From the NCBI GenBank assembly GCA_964291495.2, contig OZ219868.1:32001-96000 (forward strand): a stretch of DNA of 64,000 nt. The letters are read 5' to 3'. Below, piece by piece: positions 1-9,476 of this stretch; the first letter of the stretch is position 1, and the number at the start of each line of letters is the position of its first letter. Position numbers and translations under genes: made by a program. Below the pieces are notes generated by a model that was given only the letters and a program-made list of their open reading frames with translations, was not told the origin of the DNA and made no database searches. Source of the stretch: Dehalococcoidia bacterium (GTDB taxonomy: Bacteria; Chloroflexota; Dehalococcoidia; UBA2979).

Positions 1-964
1 GCAGCTCGGCGTCGGCGAGCCGACCCCACACCTCGGCGGCCTCGCGCAGCAGCGGCGGCTCGCCCTCCTCGACGCGGTAGCCGGCGTCGGCGAGCGCACC
101 GGCCGCGCGCCGCACGCCCGCGGCGACCCGCTCGTCGACGCCGAGACCGCCGGGGTCGGTGGTGAAGGTGATGCGCGGTAGTTCGTCGCGAGGCGCCTCG
201 AGCGGCGCGGGCGCCAGCCGCGGGTCGCGCGGATCGGGCGCAGCGAGGACGGCGAAGGCAAGCCGCAGGTCGGCGACGTGCCGCGCCATCGGCCCGGTGA
301 CCGTGAACAGATCGCCGGTTGGCGTCGGCTCGGGCCAGCCCTCGCGCGGCGTCGTCGCGATACGGCCGTAGCCGGGCTTGAGCGCCGCGGTGCCGCAGCA
401 CTGCGAGGGGTAACGCAACGAGCCGCCGTAGTCGTTCCCGAGGCCCAGCGGCGTCATGCCGCTCGCGAGGGCGGACGCCTCGCCGCCGCTGGAGCCGCCC
501 GCTGTGCGCCCGGCGTCCCAGGGGTTGCGCGTCACGCCTCGCAGGCTGCTCGCGGTATGCCAGCGCATGCCGAGGTCCGGGAGGTTCGTCCGCCCGATCA
601 CGATCGCGCCGGCCTCGCGCAGCCGCTCGACCGCCGGGGCGTCGCGCTCCGCGGACGCCTCGGCGAGGCTGGGGACGCCGTTCGTCGTGGCCGTCCCGGC
701 GACCTCGATGTTCTCCTTGATGGTGCAAGGCGCGCCGTGGAGCGGGCCGATTTCGTCGCCACGCGCGATCGCGGCGTCCGCGCGGTCAGCCTCAGCGAGC
801 GCCTGCTCCGCGAGCACGACGGTGGCGGCGTTAAGGCGCGCGTTGACCGCCTCGATGCGTGCGAGGTGCGCCTCGACGGCCTCGCGCGCGGAGACTTCGC
901 GCGCCCGGATCGCCGCGACAAGTTGCGCGGCGCCCGCGCGCCAGAGCTCGGCCGGGAGGGTCAC
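1..964 (-). CDS. Amidase (amidase-signature family), partial: 3' end runs off the window
   Basis: Hand translation from GTG at 964 gives MTLPAELWRAGAAQLVAAIRAREVSAREAVEAHLARIEAVN...GPLHGAPCTIKENI...TRNPWDAGRTAGGSSGGEA...GNDYGGSLRYP, carrying the Lys/Ser-Ser amidase signature motifs. Confidence 0.9.
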   Translation of the reverse strand, partial: MTLPAELWRAGAAQLVAAIRAREVSAREAVEAHLARIEAVNARLNAATVVLAEQALAEADRADAAIARGDEIGPLHGAPCTIKENIEVAGTATTNGVPSLAEASAERDAPAVERLREAGAIVIGRTNLPDLGMRWHTASSLRGVTRNPWDAGRTAGGSSGGEASALASGMTPLGLGNDYGGSLRYPSQCCGTAALKPGYGRIATTPREGWPEPTPTGDLFTVTGPMARHVADLRLAFAVLAAPDPRDPRLAPAPLEAPRDELPRITFTTDPGGLGVDERVAAGVRRAAGALADAGYRVEEGEPPLLREAAEVWGRLADAEL

Positions 965-994
965 GCCGCCGGGCGGAGGGGCCGCCTCGAGGCG

Positions 995-2050
995 CTACGC
1001 GGCCTCGTCGCCCGTCCGCTCATCGGCCTCGATCAGCGTCGCCGACGCCTCCGATCCGAGGAAGGCGAGCAGCACGAGCGCCGCGACCATCGCAACCGGC
1101 AAGCCGAAGGAGACGTCGGCCAGCGCGAGGGTGCCCGCCTCGGTGAAGTCGACGAGGTTCACGAGCGCAAGCAGCCCGCCGAGGGCGGCCGCGGTGAAGA
1201 CCCAGAGGTGCCCGAGCCGCGCGCTGATCTCGCGCCGGTGTAGCAGCCATGCGCCCACGGTGGCGGCGAGACCGGCGACGAGCACCACCTGGCCGGCGGC
1301 CGAGGTGATCCCGAGGTCGCCGGAGCGCCACGGCAGGAAGGCGGAGACGGCAAGCGCCACTCCGGCGACGACGGCGGCAGAGCCGAGGCGCAGCGCAGTC
1401 GGGGCGCTCTCGCCGCGCAGCGCCTGCTCCGGGCCGAACTCGAAGGCGCGCACCGCCAGCCAGCCGGCCGGGACGAGCGAGGCGGCGAGCAGCAGCTTCG
1501 CGAGGTCGCCGGGGATGAACGGCGTCAGGCCCCACTGCATGACGAGCCCCGCGCTCGCCTCGATGCCGAGCGTGGCCTCGTTGACGTACATCCAGTTCGC
1601 GAGCCAGGGCAGGCCGAAGACGTAGATGATCACGTTGCCCACCAACATCGCGAGGGCGAGCGTGACGGGGCGGCGATCCCAGCCAAGGCGGGCGAGGAAG
1701 CCGACGGCGAAGGCGGCGAAGGGGTAGGACAGCAGGTAGCCGCCGGACGAGCCGGTGATCACGCCCCAGCCGTGCGCGCCGCTCGCGTAGACGGGCAGAT
1801 TCGCGATGCCCTCGAGGACGTAGAGCGTGGCGGCCATGGTGCCGAGCCGGGGCCCGAGCACCGCGCCGAGCAGCAGCACGGCGAAGGTCTGGCCGGTGAT
1901 CGGGACGGGCCCGATCGGCAGGTGAATCGTCACCTGCGCGCAGAGCGCGAGCAGCGCAGAGCCCGCGACGATCAGTACGACGTCGCGTACCAGTGTCTCG
2001 CGTGGCAGCAGCGCGTCGAGGCGCGTCCTGCGGAAAGGCGTGGTGTGCAT
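995..2050 (-). CDS. bioY: Biotin ECF substrate-binding component BioY with an extra C-terminal membrane domain
   Basis: PVPITGQTFAVLLLGAVLGPRLG...LPVY...SGGYLLSYP...PFIPGDLAK are BioY motifs; followed by ~140 additional hydrophobic residues. Confidence 0.85.
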   Translation of the reverse strand: MHTTPFRRTRLDALLPRETLVRDVVLIVAGSALLALCAQVTIHLPIGPVPITGQTFAVLLLGAVLGPRLGTMAATLYVLEGIANLPVYASGAHGWGVITGSSGGYLLSYPFAAFAVGFLARLGWDRRPVTLALAMLVGNVIIYVFGLPWLANWMYVNEATLGIEASAGLVMQWGLTPFIPGDLAKLLLAASLVPAGWLAVRAFEFGPEQALRGESAPTALRLGSAAVVAGVALAVSAFLPWRSGDLGITSAAGQVVLVAGLAATVGAWLLHRREISARLGHLWVFTAAALGGLLALVNLVDFTEAGTLALADVSFGLPVAMVAALVLLAFLGSEASATLIEADERTGDEAA

Positions 2051-2154
2051 GGTGTCTCCCGGCCCGGTGCGGCAGCCCTGCGCCGCCGCGCGCGCATGGT
2101 ACCGGAGCGTGCGCGCTGCGCGCGACGGGAGCGTGGGCCGCTACCCTGCGTGCC

Positions 2155-2694
2155 ATGCCGTCCCTTCCGAAGATCGCTCGAGCCGCCCTCGTAACGTGCG
2201 CCCTCGTGGCGCTGGCGGGCGCCTGCACCTCCGAGAGGACGTGCAGCGAGGCGCCACTGTCACCCGAGGCCGCCGAAGCGCTCGACGCGATCCAGCGCGG
2301 GGTCGACTTCGCGCTCGCGCGCCCGTGCGCCTTCGAGTCCGGCCTCGAGGTGACGGGCGTCTCGGAGGACTCGCTTTCGGACCAAGACGTGCGCCACCCC
2401 CGAGTCAACTTCGTCGTGGGCCGCGACGGGAGACACGCCTTCACCCTGAGTCAGACGAGGGCGGTCGTTTCGTTCAGGGCGATTCCGACCGGGAGCCACT
2501 GGCTTCGCGTCTCGGCGGGGGGAGTCACTGCCGAAGGCTTCGCCGGGCCGACGGGCGCGGGCGTGGACCTCGCCTACCTGCGCTGGCGCAAAGACGGCGT
2601 CACGTTCGAGCTCCAGGCGACGCTGGGCCCGCGGCTGACGGAGGACGGCGTCGAGGAGATTGCGGCTGCCCTCATGGAGAGCGGCTCTCAGTAG
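2155..2694 (+). CDS. Hypothetical lipoprotein
   Basis: ATG at 2155; signal peptide and lipobox (ALVALAGAC); typical high-GC codon usage. Confidence 0.6.
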   Translation: MPSLPKIARAALVTCALVALAGACTSERTCSEAPLSPEAAEALDAIQRGVDFALARPCAFESGLEVTGVSEDSLSDQDVRHPRVNFVVGRDGRHAFTLSQTRAVVSFRAIPTGSHWLRVSAGGVTAEGFAGPTGAGVDLAYLRWRKDGVTFELQATLGPRLTEDGVEEIAAALMESGSQ

Positions 2695-3113
2695 AGGCCG
2701 GCCTCCTGCTGTTGGGCCCGGACGTACGCGATGATCGCCTCGACCTGCTGGTCGCTCAGGCCCTCGATCTTCGGCATGTTGCCGAACGGCCAGTGGTGGG
2801 CGATCACGCCCCGCTGCACTGCGAGCCGGAACGCGGCGTCGGAGTGATGGTTCGGGTGGTAGAGCCGGTCGATGAACGGCGGGCCTTGCGCGGTGCCCTG
2901 CAGATCGACGCCGTGGCAGACGGCGCAGGTCTGCCGGAAGAGCGTCTCGCCGTCGAGGATCGGGACCGCCGTCGGCGTCGGTGAGGCTGCCGGGGGCGGG
3001 GCGGGTGGATCGTCCGCCTCGCCCTCGCACGCGGCGGCGAGGGCAAGCGACGCGGCGAGCGCCGCCAGGCCGAGCGAGGCGCTGCTTGCCAGCTTCCGGA
3101 GTGACGTTCGCAT
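2688..3113 (-). CDS. Monoheme cytochrome c lipoprotein
   Basis: ATG at 3113; lipobox LAAAC, Pro-rich linker, CAVCH heme motif, distal GNMP, His-rich HPNHH/AHHW segment. Confidence 0.85.
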   Translation of the reverse strand: MRTSLRKLASSASLGLAALAASLALAAACEGEADDPPAPPPAASPTPTAVPILDGETLFRQTCAVCHGVDLQGTAQGPPFIDRLYHPNHHSDAAFRLAVQRGVIAHHWPFGNMPKIEGLSDQQVEAIIAYVRAQQQEAGLY

Positions 3114-3165
3114 GCAGTCATTGTCCCACGCGTCGCCGTTCGCGGGCTGGTATCGTCGCGCCGAG

Positions 3166-3251
3166 GCCGGGGTGGCGGAACTGGCAGACGCAGCGGGCTT
3201 AAAACCCGCGGCCTTCGGGCTTTGAGGGTTCGACTCCCTCCCCCGGCACCA
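3166..3251 (+). tRNA. tRNA-Leu (anticodon TAA)
   Basis: Acceptor GCCGGGG/CCCCGGC-A-CCA; anticodon arm GCGGG-CT-TAA-AA-CCCGC; long variable arm; GGTTCGACTCC T-arm. Confidence 0.95.
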
Positions 3252-3278
3252 CCAACGCTCACGAGGGGAGGCCCCACG

Positions 3279-4178
3279 ATGGCGGAGACAATCGGCTTCA
3301 TCGGGCTCGGGAACATCGGCTCGCCGATGGCGCGCAACGTGCTCGGCGCGGGCTTCCGCCTCGTCGCCTACGACATCCAGCCCAACGCCCTCGCGCGCCT
3401 TGGCGAGGCAGGCGCGCAGCCGGCGGACTCGCCGCGCGCGGTCGCGAGTGCAGCGCGGACGATCTGCCTCTCGCTCCCGACCTCGAACGAGGTCGAGGCG
3501 GTGTGCTTCGGGCCTGACGGCATCGTCGAGGGCGCCTCGGACGGCACGATCATCGTCGACCTCACGAGCGGCAACCCGCCGCAGACGGCCGCGATCGGCG
3601 AGCGCCTGCGCGAATCCGGCATCGAGCTCGTCGACGCCGGGGTGAGCGGCGGCGTGCCCGGCGCCGAGGCGGGCACGCTCGGCATCATGTGCGGCGGCTC
3701 GATCGAGGCGTACGAGGCGTGCCTGCCGGTCCTCGAGGCGATCGGGGCGCAGATCTTCCACCTCGGCGAGCCGGGCGCGGGGCACCTGACGAAGGCGCTC
3801 AACAACTTCTGCTCGGCGGCCAACTACCTCGCGCTGTCGGAGGCGATGACGGTGGCCACGAAGGCCGGCCTCGACCCGCTCAAGGTGCTGGGCGCGATCA
3901 ACGCCAGCTCCGGGCGCAGCTGGACGAGCGAGAATCGTTTCCCCCGCTTCGTCCTCGCGGGCGACTTCTCCTCGCGCGGCGGGATGGCGACCGAGCTGAT
4001 GGTGAAGGACCTGGCGAACGCCGTGGCCGGCGGCAAGGAGCACGGCGTGCCGATGCCCGTCGCCGGCCTGATCTCGCAGCTCTTCCTGCTCTCGCAGGCG
4101 CTGCACGGCGAGCAGGCTCCGAACCAGGTCGCCGTGCGCATGTACGAGGGCTGGGCGCAGGCGGAGAGCCGCACCTGA
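3279..4178 (+). CDS. NAD(P)-dependent beta-hydroxyacid dehydrogenase (3-hydroxyisobutyrate dehydrogenase/GarR family)
   Basis: IGFIGLGNIGSPMA Rossmann motif, DAGVSGG, catalytic KALNN; ATG at 3279 after a GGGGAGG RBS. Confidence 0.9.
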   Translation: MAETIGFIGLGNIGSPMARNVLGAGFRLVAYDIQPNALARLGEAGAQPADSPRAVASAARTICLSLPTSNEVEAVCFGPDGIVEGASDGTIIVDLTSGNPPQTAAIGERLRESGIELVDAGVSGGVPGAEAGTLGIMCGGSIEAYEACLPVLEAIGAQIFHLGEPGAGHLTKALNNFCSAANYLALSEAMTVATKAGLDPLKVLGAINASSGRSWTSENRFPRFVLAGDFSSRGGMATELMVKDLANAVAGGKEHGVPMPVAGLISQLFLLSQALHGEQAPNQVAVRMYEGWAQAESRT

Positions 4179-4188
4179 GGCGGGGCGC

Positions 4189-5679
4189 TCAGGCGCCCTC
4201 GGATGGCGCTGCGGCGGCGGCCGCGCGCCCGGCCCAGCGACCGAAGAAGGTGCAGTCGCCCAGCGAGAGACCGCTGCTGTAGCCGCGCCCCTGCAGGCCC
4301 GCTGTGGCGCGCCCCGCGGCGTAGAGCCCGCCGATCGGCGAGCCGTCCTCGCGCAGCACCTCGCCCGTCAGCGCCGTCCTGAGCCCGCCGATCGGGAAGC
4401 CCGACCAGACCGACGCCGTGATCGAGAAGTCGAGCGCGGCGAACGGCGGGCTGTCGAGCGGCTCGAGCCACTCGCGCGCCTTGTGGAACTCCGGATCCTC
4501 GCCGCGCGCGGCGTGCTCGTTGTACGAGGCCATCGTGCGCTGGAGGTTGCCGCCGGGCATGCCCAGCTCGCGCTCGAGCTCCTCGTACGTCTCGCCGATG
4601 GCGACGATCTCGGCCTGCGCGAGCACGGGGCGGCGGTAGGTCTCGTCGTCCACGATCATCAGCACCTCGCCGCCGTGGTCGTAGAGGGCCGTCGGGCCGA
4701 GCTGGTCGCGGTACTGATCCTCGTTCACGAAGCGGCGCCCCTCGCGATCGACGAGCACGCCCTTGACGAGCCGCCGCGGCGGGCTCGTCGTCAGGTTCAC
4801 CATGCCCCACTCCATGCGATCGAGGGCGGCCCCCAGGCCGAGGCCGAGACGGATCGCGATGCCGTCACTGGCGTCGGTGCCGAGCCGGTTGCGCAGCTGC
4901 AGCAGCTCCGGCGCGTACTGCCGCAGCAACGCCTCGTTCATCACAAAGCCGCCCGTGGCGAGGACCAAGCCTCGCCGCGACTGCACGAGCCGCGTGTCGC
5001 CTTCGATGCGCGCTTGGAGGCCAACGACGCGAGGCGCCTCGGGCGGCCCGTCCGTCACGAGGCGCTCCACGCGAGCGCCGGTCTCGATTCGCACGCCTGC
5101 AGCCACGGCAGCGGCGCTCAGGGCCTCCATCAGCACCAGCCCGCCGCCTTCGCCGGGGTGCTGCGGGTGGTGGCCGCGAGGCGCGGAGTTCGCGAGGGCG
5201 CTGAACGGGTGGGCGAGCTCGCTACCGGTGTAGGAGAGGCCGTGCTCCGAGCCCCAGGGGTAGGTGCCGCGCTCGGGCGGCAGGAACTCGGGCTTGAACG
5301 GCACGCCGCGGGCGACCAGCCACTCGTAGAGCTCGACGCTGCCCTCGCAGTAGGCGCGCAGCCACTCGTCGTCCGGTCCCGGCTGCACCGAGGCGCGCAG
5401 GTAGCGGTACATCTCCTCGGGCGTGTCGTCGAAGCCGCAGGCGCGCTGCAGCGCCGTCCCTCCCCCGAGGTAGAGCGAGCCGCCGGAGAGCGCGCTCGTC
5501 CCGCCGCCGGCGAACTCACGCTCCAGCACCAGCACGTCCGCCCCGGCCTCGGCAGCCTCGATCGCCGCGGAGGCCCCCGCCGCGCCGAGCCCGACGACGA
5601 CCACGTCGGCGTCGAGATCCCAGCGGGGAACCCCGCCGGCCGCGAGGGGCGCAATCGCTCCGGACTCGTCGCTGCTCAC
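4189..5679 (-). CDS. FAD-dependent oxidoreductase, fumarate reductase/3-ketosteroid dehydrogenase (delta4-5alpha KSTD/TesI-like) family
   Basis: DVVVVGLGAAG, GGTSALSGG, LATGGF, GRRFVNED, GLYAAG and C-terminal YSSGLSLGDCTFFGR. Confidence 0.75.
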   Translation of the reverse strand: MSSDESGAIAPLAAGGVPRWDLDADVVVVGLGAAGASAAIEAAEAGADVLVLEREFAGGGTSALSGGSLYLGGGTALQRACGFDDTPEEMYRYLRASVQPGPDDEWLRAYCEGSVELYEWLVARGVPFKPEFLPPERGTYPWGSEHGLSYTGSELAHPFSALANSAPRGHHPQHPGEGGGLVLMEALSAAAVAAGVRIETGARVERLVTDGPPEAPRVVGLQARIEGDTRLVQSRRGLVLATGGFVMNEALLRQYAPELLQLRNRLGTDASDGIAIRLGLGLGAALDRMEWGMVNLTTSPPRRLVKGVLVDREGRRFVNEDQYRDQLGPTALYDHGGEVLMIVDDETYRRPVLAQAEIVAIGETYEELERELGMPGGNLQRTMASYNEHAARGEDPEFHKAREWLEPLDSPPFAALDFSITASVWSGFPIGGLRTALTGEVLREDGSPIGGLYAAGRATAGLQGRGYSSGLSLGDCTFFGRWAGRAAAAAAPSEGA

Positions 5680-5764
5680 TCGCTACCCCTGCTGGCGCCG
5701 TGCTCGCTGCTGTGTTCCGGGTAGAGTAGCCGCGACGGAGCGAGGAACGGGAGGAGACAGCACG

Positions 5765-6238
5765 ATGGGTGAATCGAACGCGCCGCTCAACCGCGTGATG
5801 ACGCAGGTCGCCTTCGTCGTCCCGGACATCGAGGCGGCGGTCGCGACCTACTCGGAACTGCTCGGCATGGACCCGGCCGAGATCTACACGCCGCCACTGC
5901 GCGAGGCGCGTGAGTACCGGGGCAAACCACTCCCGCCCGAGGTCAATCTGCGGGTCGCGATGATCGAGCTGGACAACATCACCCTCGAGCTGATCGAGCC
6001 GATCGGCGGGCCGAGCGTCTGGAAGGACGTCCTCGACGAGCAGGGCGGCGGCCCGGTCTTCCACCACCTCGCGTTCGAGGTCGGTGACGCCGGCGCCTCG
6101 GCTGAGCAGCTCGGCGAACGCGGCTACGAAGCGGCGCACTCGCAGATCCGCGCCAACGGTGGCCGGATGTTCTACGTCGACGCACGCGAGGAGCTGGGCA
6201 CGCTCTTCGAGCTGCTCGGCAGCGGGCCCGGGGAGTAG
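5765..6238 (+). CDS. VOC/glyoxalase family protein (methylmalonyl-CoA epimerase-like)
   Basis: QVAFVVPDIEAA...LELIEP...HHLAFEV...LFEL metal-site pattern. Confidence 0.85.
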   Translation: MGESNAPLNRVMTQVAFVVPDIEAAVATYSELLGMDPAEIYTPPLREAREYRGKPLPPEVNLRVAMIELDNITLELIEPIGGPSVWKDVLDEQGGGPVFHHLAFEVGDAGASAEQLGERGYEAAHSQIRANGGRMFYVDAREELGTLFELLGSGPGE

Positions 6239-6246
6239 GAGCGCCG

Positions 6247-7095
6247 GTGACGCAGTCCGCGGAGGAGCCGGGACGCCTCGCCGGCCGCGTCGCGGTCGTC
6301 ACCGGCGCCGCGCGCGGCATCGGCTACCAGATCGCCGCGCGGCTCGGCCGCGAGGGGATGCGCGTGGTCATCGCCGATATCGACGGCGAGAAGCTCGCAC
6401 AGGCAGAGCGCGACCTGCACGCGGAGGGCGTCGAGGCGGTCGCTGTCCCCGTCGACGTGAGCGACTTCGCCGACATCGACCGCCTGCCGCGCGTCGCGCT
6501 CTCGGCCTTCGGCAGGATCGACGTGGTCTGCCTCAACGCCGGGGTGAACGCCGCGCACATCCCGACATGGGAGATCGGCCTCGAGGACTGGGACTGGATC
6601 ATCGGGCCGAACGTCTGGGGCGTACTCAACGGCATCCAGGTCTTCGTGCCGCGCATGCTCGCGCTGGAGCGTGCGGGTGCCGAGGGCGGCCACATCGTGA
6701 TCACCGCCTCGAACGGGGCGCTGGCCACACGGGCCGGGAGCGGACCCTACCCGGTCACGAAGCGCCTCGTGCTCTCCGCCGCCCAGTCGCTCTACCACGA
6801 CCTGAGGGCGGCAGGGTCCGAGCTGCGCGCCTCGGTGCTGCTGCCCGGCGCGATCCGCACGCACGAGGCGATGGCGCGGCGCGGCGAGCCGCGCGCCACG
6901 AGGACGGAGGACCAGCAGGACGCGGAGGAGCGGCGCATGCCCCCGGAGGAGGTCGCCGAGATCGTGCTCGGCGCAATCCTCGAACCGCGCTTCTACATCC
7001 TCACCCACCCCGAGCGCTCCCACGCCCTCGTCCGCGCCCGCACCGACTACATCCTCGAGGACCGCGACCCCGACTTCGGCGACCTCACGCCGTAG
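6247..7095 (+). CDS. Short-chain dehydrogenase/reductase (SDR)
   Basis: VTGAARGIG, NAG, YPVTK (YxxxK) and LPG motifs. Confidence 0.9.
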   Translation: MTQSAEEPGRLAGRVAVVTGAARGIGYQIAARLGREGMRVVIADIDGEKLAQAERDLHAEGVEAVAVPVDVSDFADIDRLPRVALSAFGRIDVVCLNAGVNAAHIPTWEIGLEDWDWIIGPNVWGVLNGIQVFVPRMLALERAGAEGGHIVITASNGALATRAGSGPYPVTKRLVLSAAQSLYHDLRAAGSELRASVLLPGAIRTHEAMARRGEPRATRTEDQQDAEERRMPPEEVAEIVLGAILEPRFYILTHPERSHALVRARTDYILEDRDPDFGDLTP

Positions 7096-7153
7096 CAGCT
7101 CCGGCGCGGCCGAGTTCCCTGCCCGCACGCCTCGCGCATGCGAACATGGAAGC

Positions 7154-8416
7154 ATGAGCGAGACGCCTCCGGCGGTGACGATCGAGGACGTGTACGCGGC
7201 GCGCGAGCGCATCGTGGGGGCGGTGCGCGCGACGCCGCTCTGGCCGATCGGATCGCTGTCCGCGATTGCGGGCGTGCCGGTGCTGCTCAAGTGCGAGCAG
7301 CTCCAGCGCGGCGGCTCCTTCAAGTTCCGCGGCGCCTCGAACATGCTCGCGTCCCTCGAGGAGCGGCCGGAAGGCGTGGTCGCGGCCAGCGCCGGCAACC
7401 ACGCGCAGGGCGTCGCGCTTGCGGCTACGGAGCGCGGCATCCCCTCGACCGTCGTGATGCCGGCCAACGCACCCCTCGCCAAGCAGGCCGCGACGCGCGC
7501 CTACGGCGCGGAGGTGGTGCTGCTCGACGGCGGGCTCGAGGCCTGCATCGCGCGCGCCCGCGAGCTGGCGGCCGAGTTCGGCCTGCTCTTCGTGCCGCCC
7601 TTCGACAACCCGGCCGTCGTCGCCGGGCAGGGCACGCTCGGCCTCGAGGTGCTCGAGCAGGCGCCCGAGGCGGAGACGGTGCTCGTGCCGGCAGGCGGCG
7701 GCGGGCTGCTCGCCGGGGTCGCACTCGCGATCAAGTCGCTCAAGCCCGAGGTGCGCGTGGTCGGCGTGCAGGCACAGGCGATGCCCGGCATCGCCGCCTC
7801 GCTCGGCTCGGGCTCGCCGCTCGCGGTCCCGCTCGTGCAGACGCTCGCCGACGGCGCGGCCGTCGCCGGGCCCTCGGACCTGACGTTCGAGCTGATCCGG
7901 CGCTACGTCGACGACGTGGTCACGGTCGCCGAGCCGGACATCGAGCACGCGATGGTGCTGTTGATCGAGCGCGCCAAGTTCGTGGTCGAGGGCGCGGGGG
8001 CGCTCGGCGTCGCGGCGCTGCTCGCGGACGCCGTCGAGCTGCGCGGACCGGTCGCGGTGGTGCTGTCCGGGGGGAACGTCGACATCAACCTGCTCGGGCG
8101 CATCGTCGAGCGCGGCCTGACGGGCGCGGGGCGGCGTCGCCTCGTGACGTTCGCCGCCGCGCACGCGCCGGGCGAGCTGGCGCGCATCAGCGCGATCATC
8201 GCCGGCTCGCGGGCCAACGTGATCCAGGTCGAGCACCGGTTGACCGGCGACAACCAGCCGATCGGCGTCGTGCTGATCACCTTCCACCTCGATGTCGCGG
8301 GCGACGAGGGCTTCGAGGAGCTGAGCGCCGCGCTGCAGGAGGCCGGGATGCGCCCCGGCACTCCCGGCGGCGGTGTCGACTTCGTGACACCGAACGCGCA
8401 GGCGCTGCCCTGGTAA
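7154..8416 (+). CDS. ilvA: Threonine ammonia-lyase (PLP) with C-terminal ACT domain
   Basis: KCEQLQRGGSFKFRGA PLP-lysine motif, SAGNHAQG, GGGGLL, LSGGNVD, ACT-like tail. Confidence 0.88.
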   Translation: MSETPPAVTIEDVYAARERIVGAVRATPLWPIGSLSAIAGVPVLLKCEQLQRGGSFKFRGASNMLASLEERPEGVVAASAGNHAQGVALAATERGIPSTVVMPANAPLAKQAATRAYGAEVVLLDGGLEACIARARELAAEFGLLFVPPFDNPAVVAGQGTLGLEVLEQAPEAETVLVPAGGGGLLAGVALAIKSLKPEVRVVGVQAQAMPGIAASLGSGSPLAVPLVQTLADGAAVAGPSDLTFELIRRYVDDVVTVAEPDIEHAMVLLIERAKFVVEGAGALGVAALLADAVELRGPVAVVLSGGNVDINLLGRIVERGLTGAGRRRLVTFAAAHAPGELARISAIIAGSRANVIQVEHRLTGDNQPIGVVLITFHLDVAGDEGFEELSAALQEAGMRPGTPGGGVDFVTPNAQALPW

Positions 8417-8425
8417 GAGGCTGCC

Positions 8426-9463
8426 TCAGCCCAGCGTGATCTCGTCGATCTCCGCCAGCTCGGCGGCGTCGAGCCGCCAGTCCGAGGCCGCGATGTTCTG
8501 GTCGATCTGCGCCGGCCGGCTCGCGCCCGCGATGATGCTGCCGATGTGCGGCTGCGAGGCGAGCCAGCCGATCGCGAGGTCGACAAGCGCGCGCCCTCGC
8601 TCGCCGGCGAACGCCTCGAGGCGCTCCAGCCGCTCCCAGGCGTCCTCGGAGACGAAGCGGCTGGGCAGGTGCGGCGACATCTCGAAGCGCGTGCCTTCGG
8701 GCGCGGTTTCGCCGCGGCGGTACTTGCCGGTGAGGAAGCCGCTGGCGAGCGGGAAGTAGGGCAGTACGCTCACGCCCGCCGCGTTGCAGGCCGGCACGAG
8801 GTCCGCCTCGATGCGGCGGTCGAGCATGTGGTACTCGGCCTGCGTCGAGATGAACGGCGTGAGCTGCGCCGCCTCGGCGATGCCGGCCGCCTCGGCGAGT
8901 CGCCAACCCTCGAAGTTCGAGCAGCCGACGTAGCGCACCTTACCGTCGCGCACGAGGTCGTCGAGGGCGCGCAGCGTCTCATCGAGGGGCGTCGTCGGGT
9001 CGGGCCCGTGCAACTGGTAGAGATCGATGTAGTCCGTGCCCAGCCGCCGCAGCGAGCCTTCGAGGGCGTGGACGATGTGCCGCCGGGAGGCGCCCTGGCG
9101 CAGCAGCCGCGGCGCGACGCTCGCGCCCTCGCCGGCGTCGTGCCCGGCGCGCTCGAGGACGCTCGCACGGTAGAGCGCGGCGCCCTCGCCGGTCGGGCGC
9201 GAGAACTTGGTGGCGATGACCGCCTCGTGGCGGCGGCCGCGCAGCACCTCGCCGAGGTACTCCTCGGAGCGCCCCGGCGGTCCCTCGCCGCCCGCGGGCG
9301 AGGGGTAGACGTCCGAGGTGTCGAAGAGGTTCACGCCGGCGTCGAGCGCGTGCGTGATCACCTCGCGCGAGTGTTCGAGGTCCCAGCGTCCGCCGAAGTC
9401 GTTGCAGCCCAGACCGACGATCGAGACCTTGAGGCCGGAGCGGCCGAGCCTGCGGTGCTCCAT
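8426..9463 (-). CDS. Aldo/keto reductase
   Basis: ATG at 9463 (MEHRRLGRSGLKVSIVGLG); FDTSDVY, IATK, SLRRLGTDYIDLYQLH, GKVRYVGCSN, PLASGFLTGKY. Confidence 0.93.
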   Translation of the reverse strand: MEHRRLGRSGLKVSIVGLGCNDFGGRWDLEHSREVITHALDAGVNLFDTSDVYPSPAGGEGPPGRSEEYLGEVLRGRRHEAVIATKFSRPTGEGAALYRASVLERAGHDAGEGASVAPRLLRQGASRRHIVHALEGSLRRLGTDYIDLYQLHGPDPTTPLDETLRALDDLVRDGKVRYVGCSNFEGWRLAEAAGIAEAAQLTPFISTQAEYHMLDRRIEADLVPACNAAGVSVLPYFPLASGFLTGKYRRGETAPEGTRFEMSPHLPSRFVSEDAWERLERLEAFAGERGRALVDLAIGWLASQPHIGSIIAGASRPAQIDQNIAASDWRLDAAELAEIDEITLG

Positions 9464-9476
9464 CGCGGCTCCGCGC

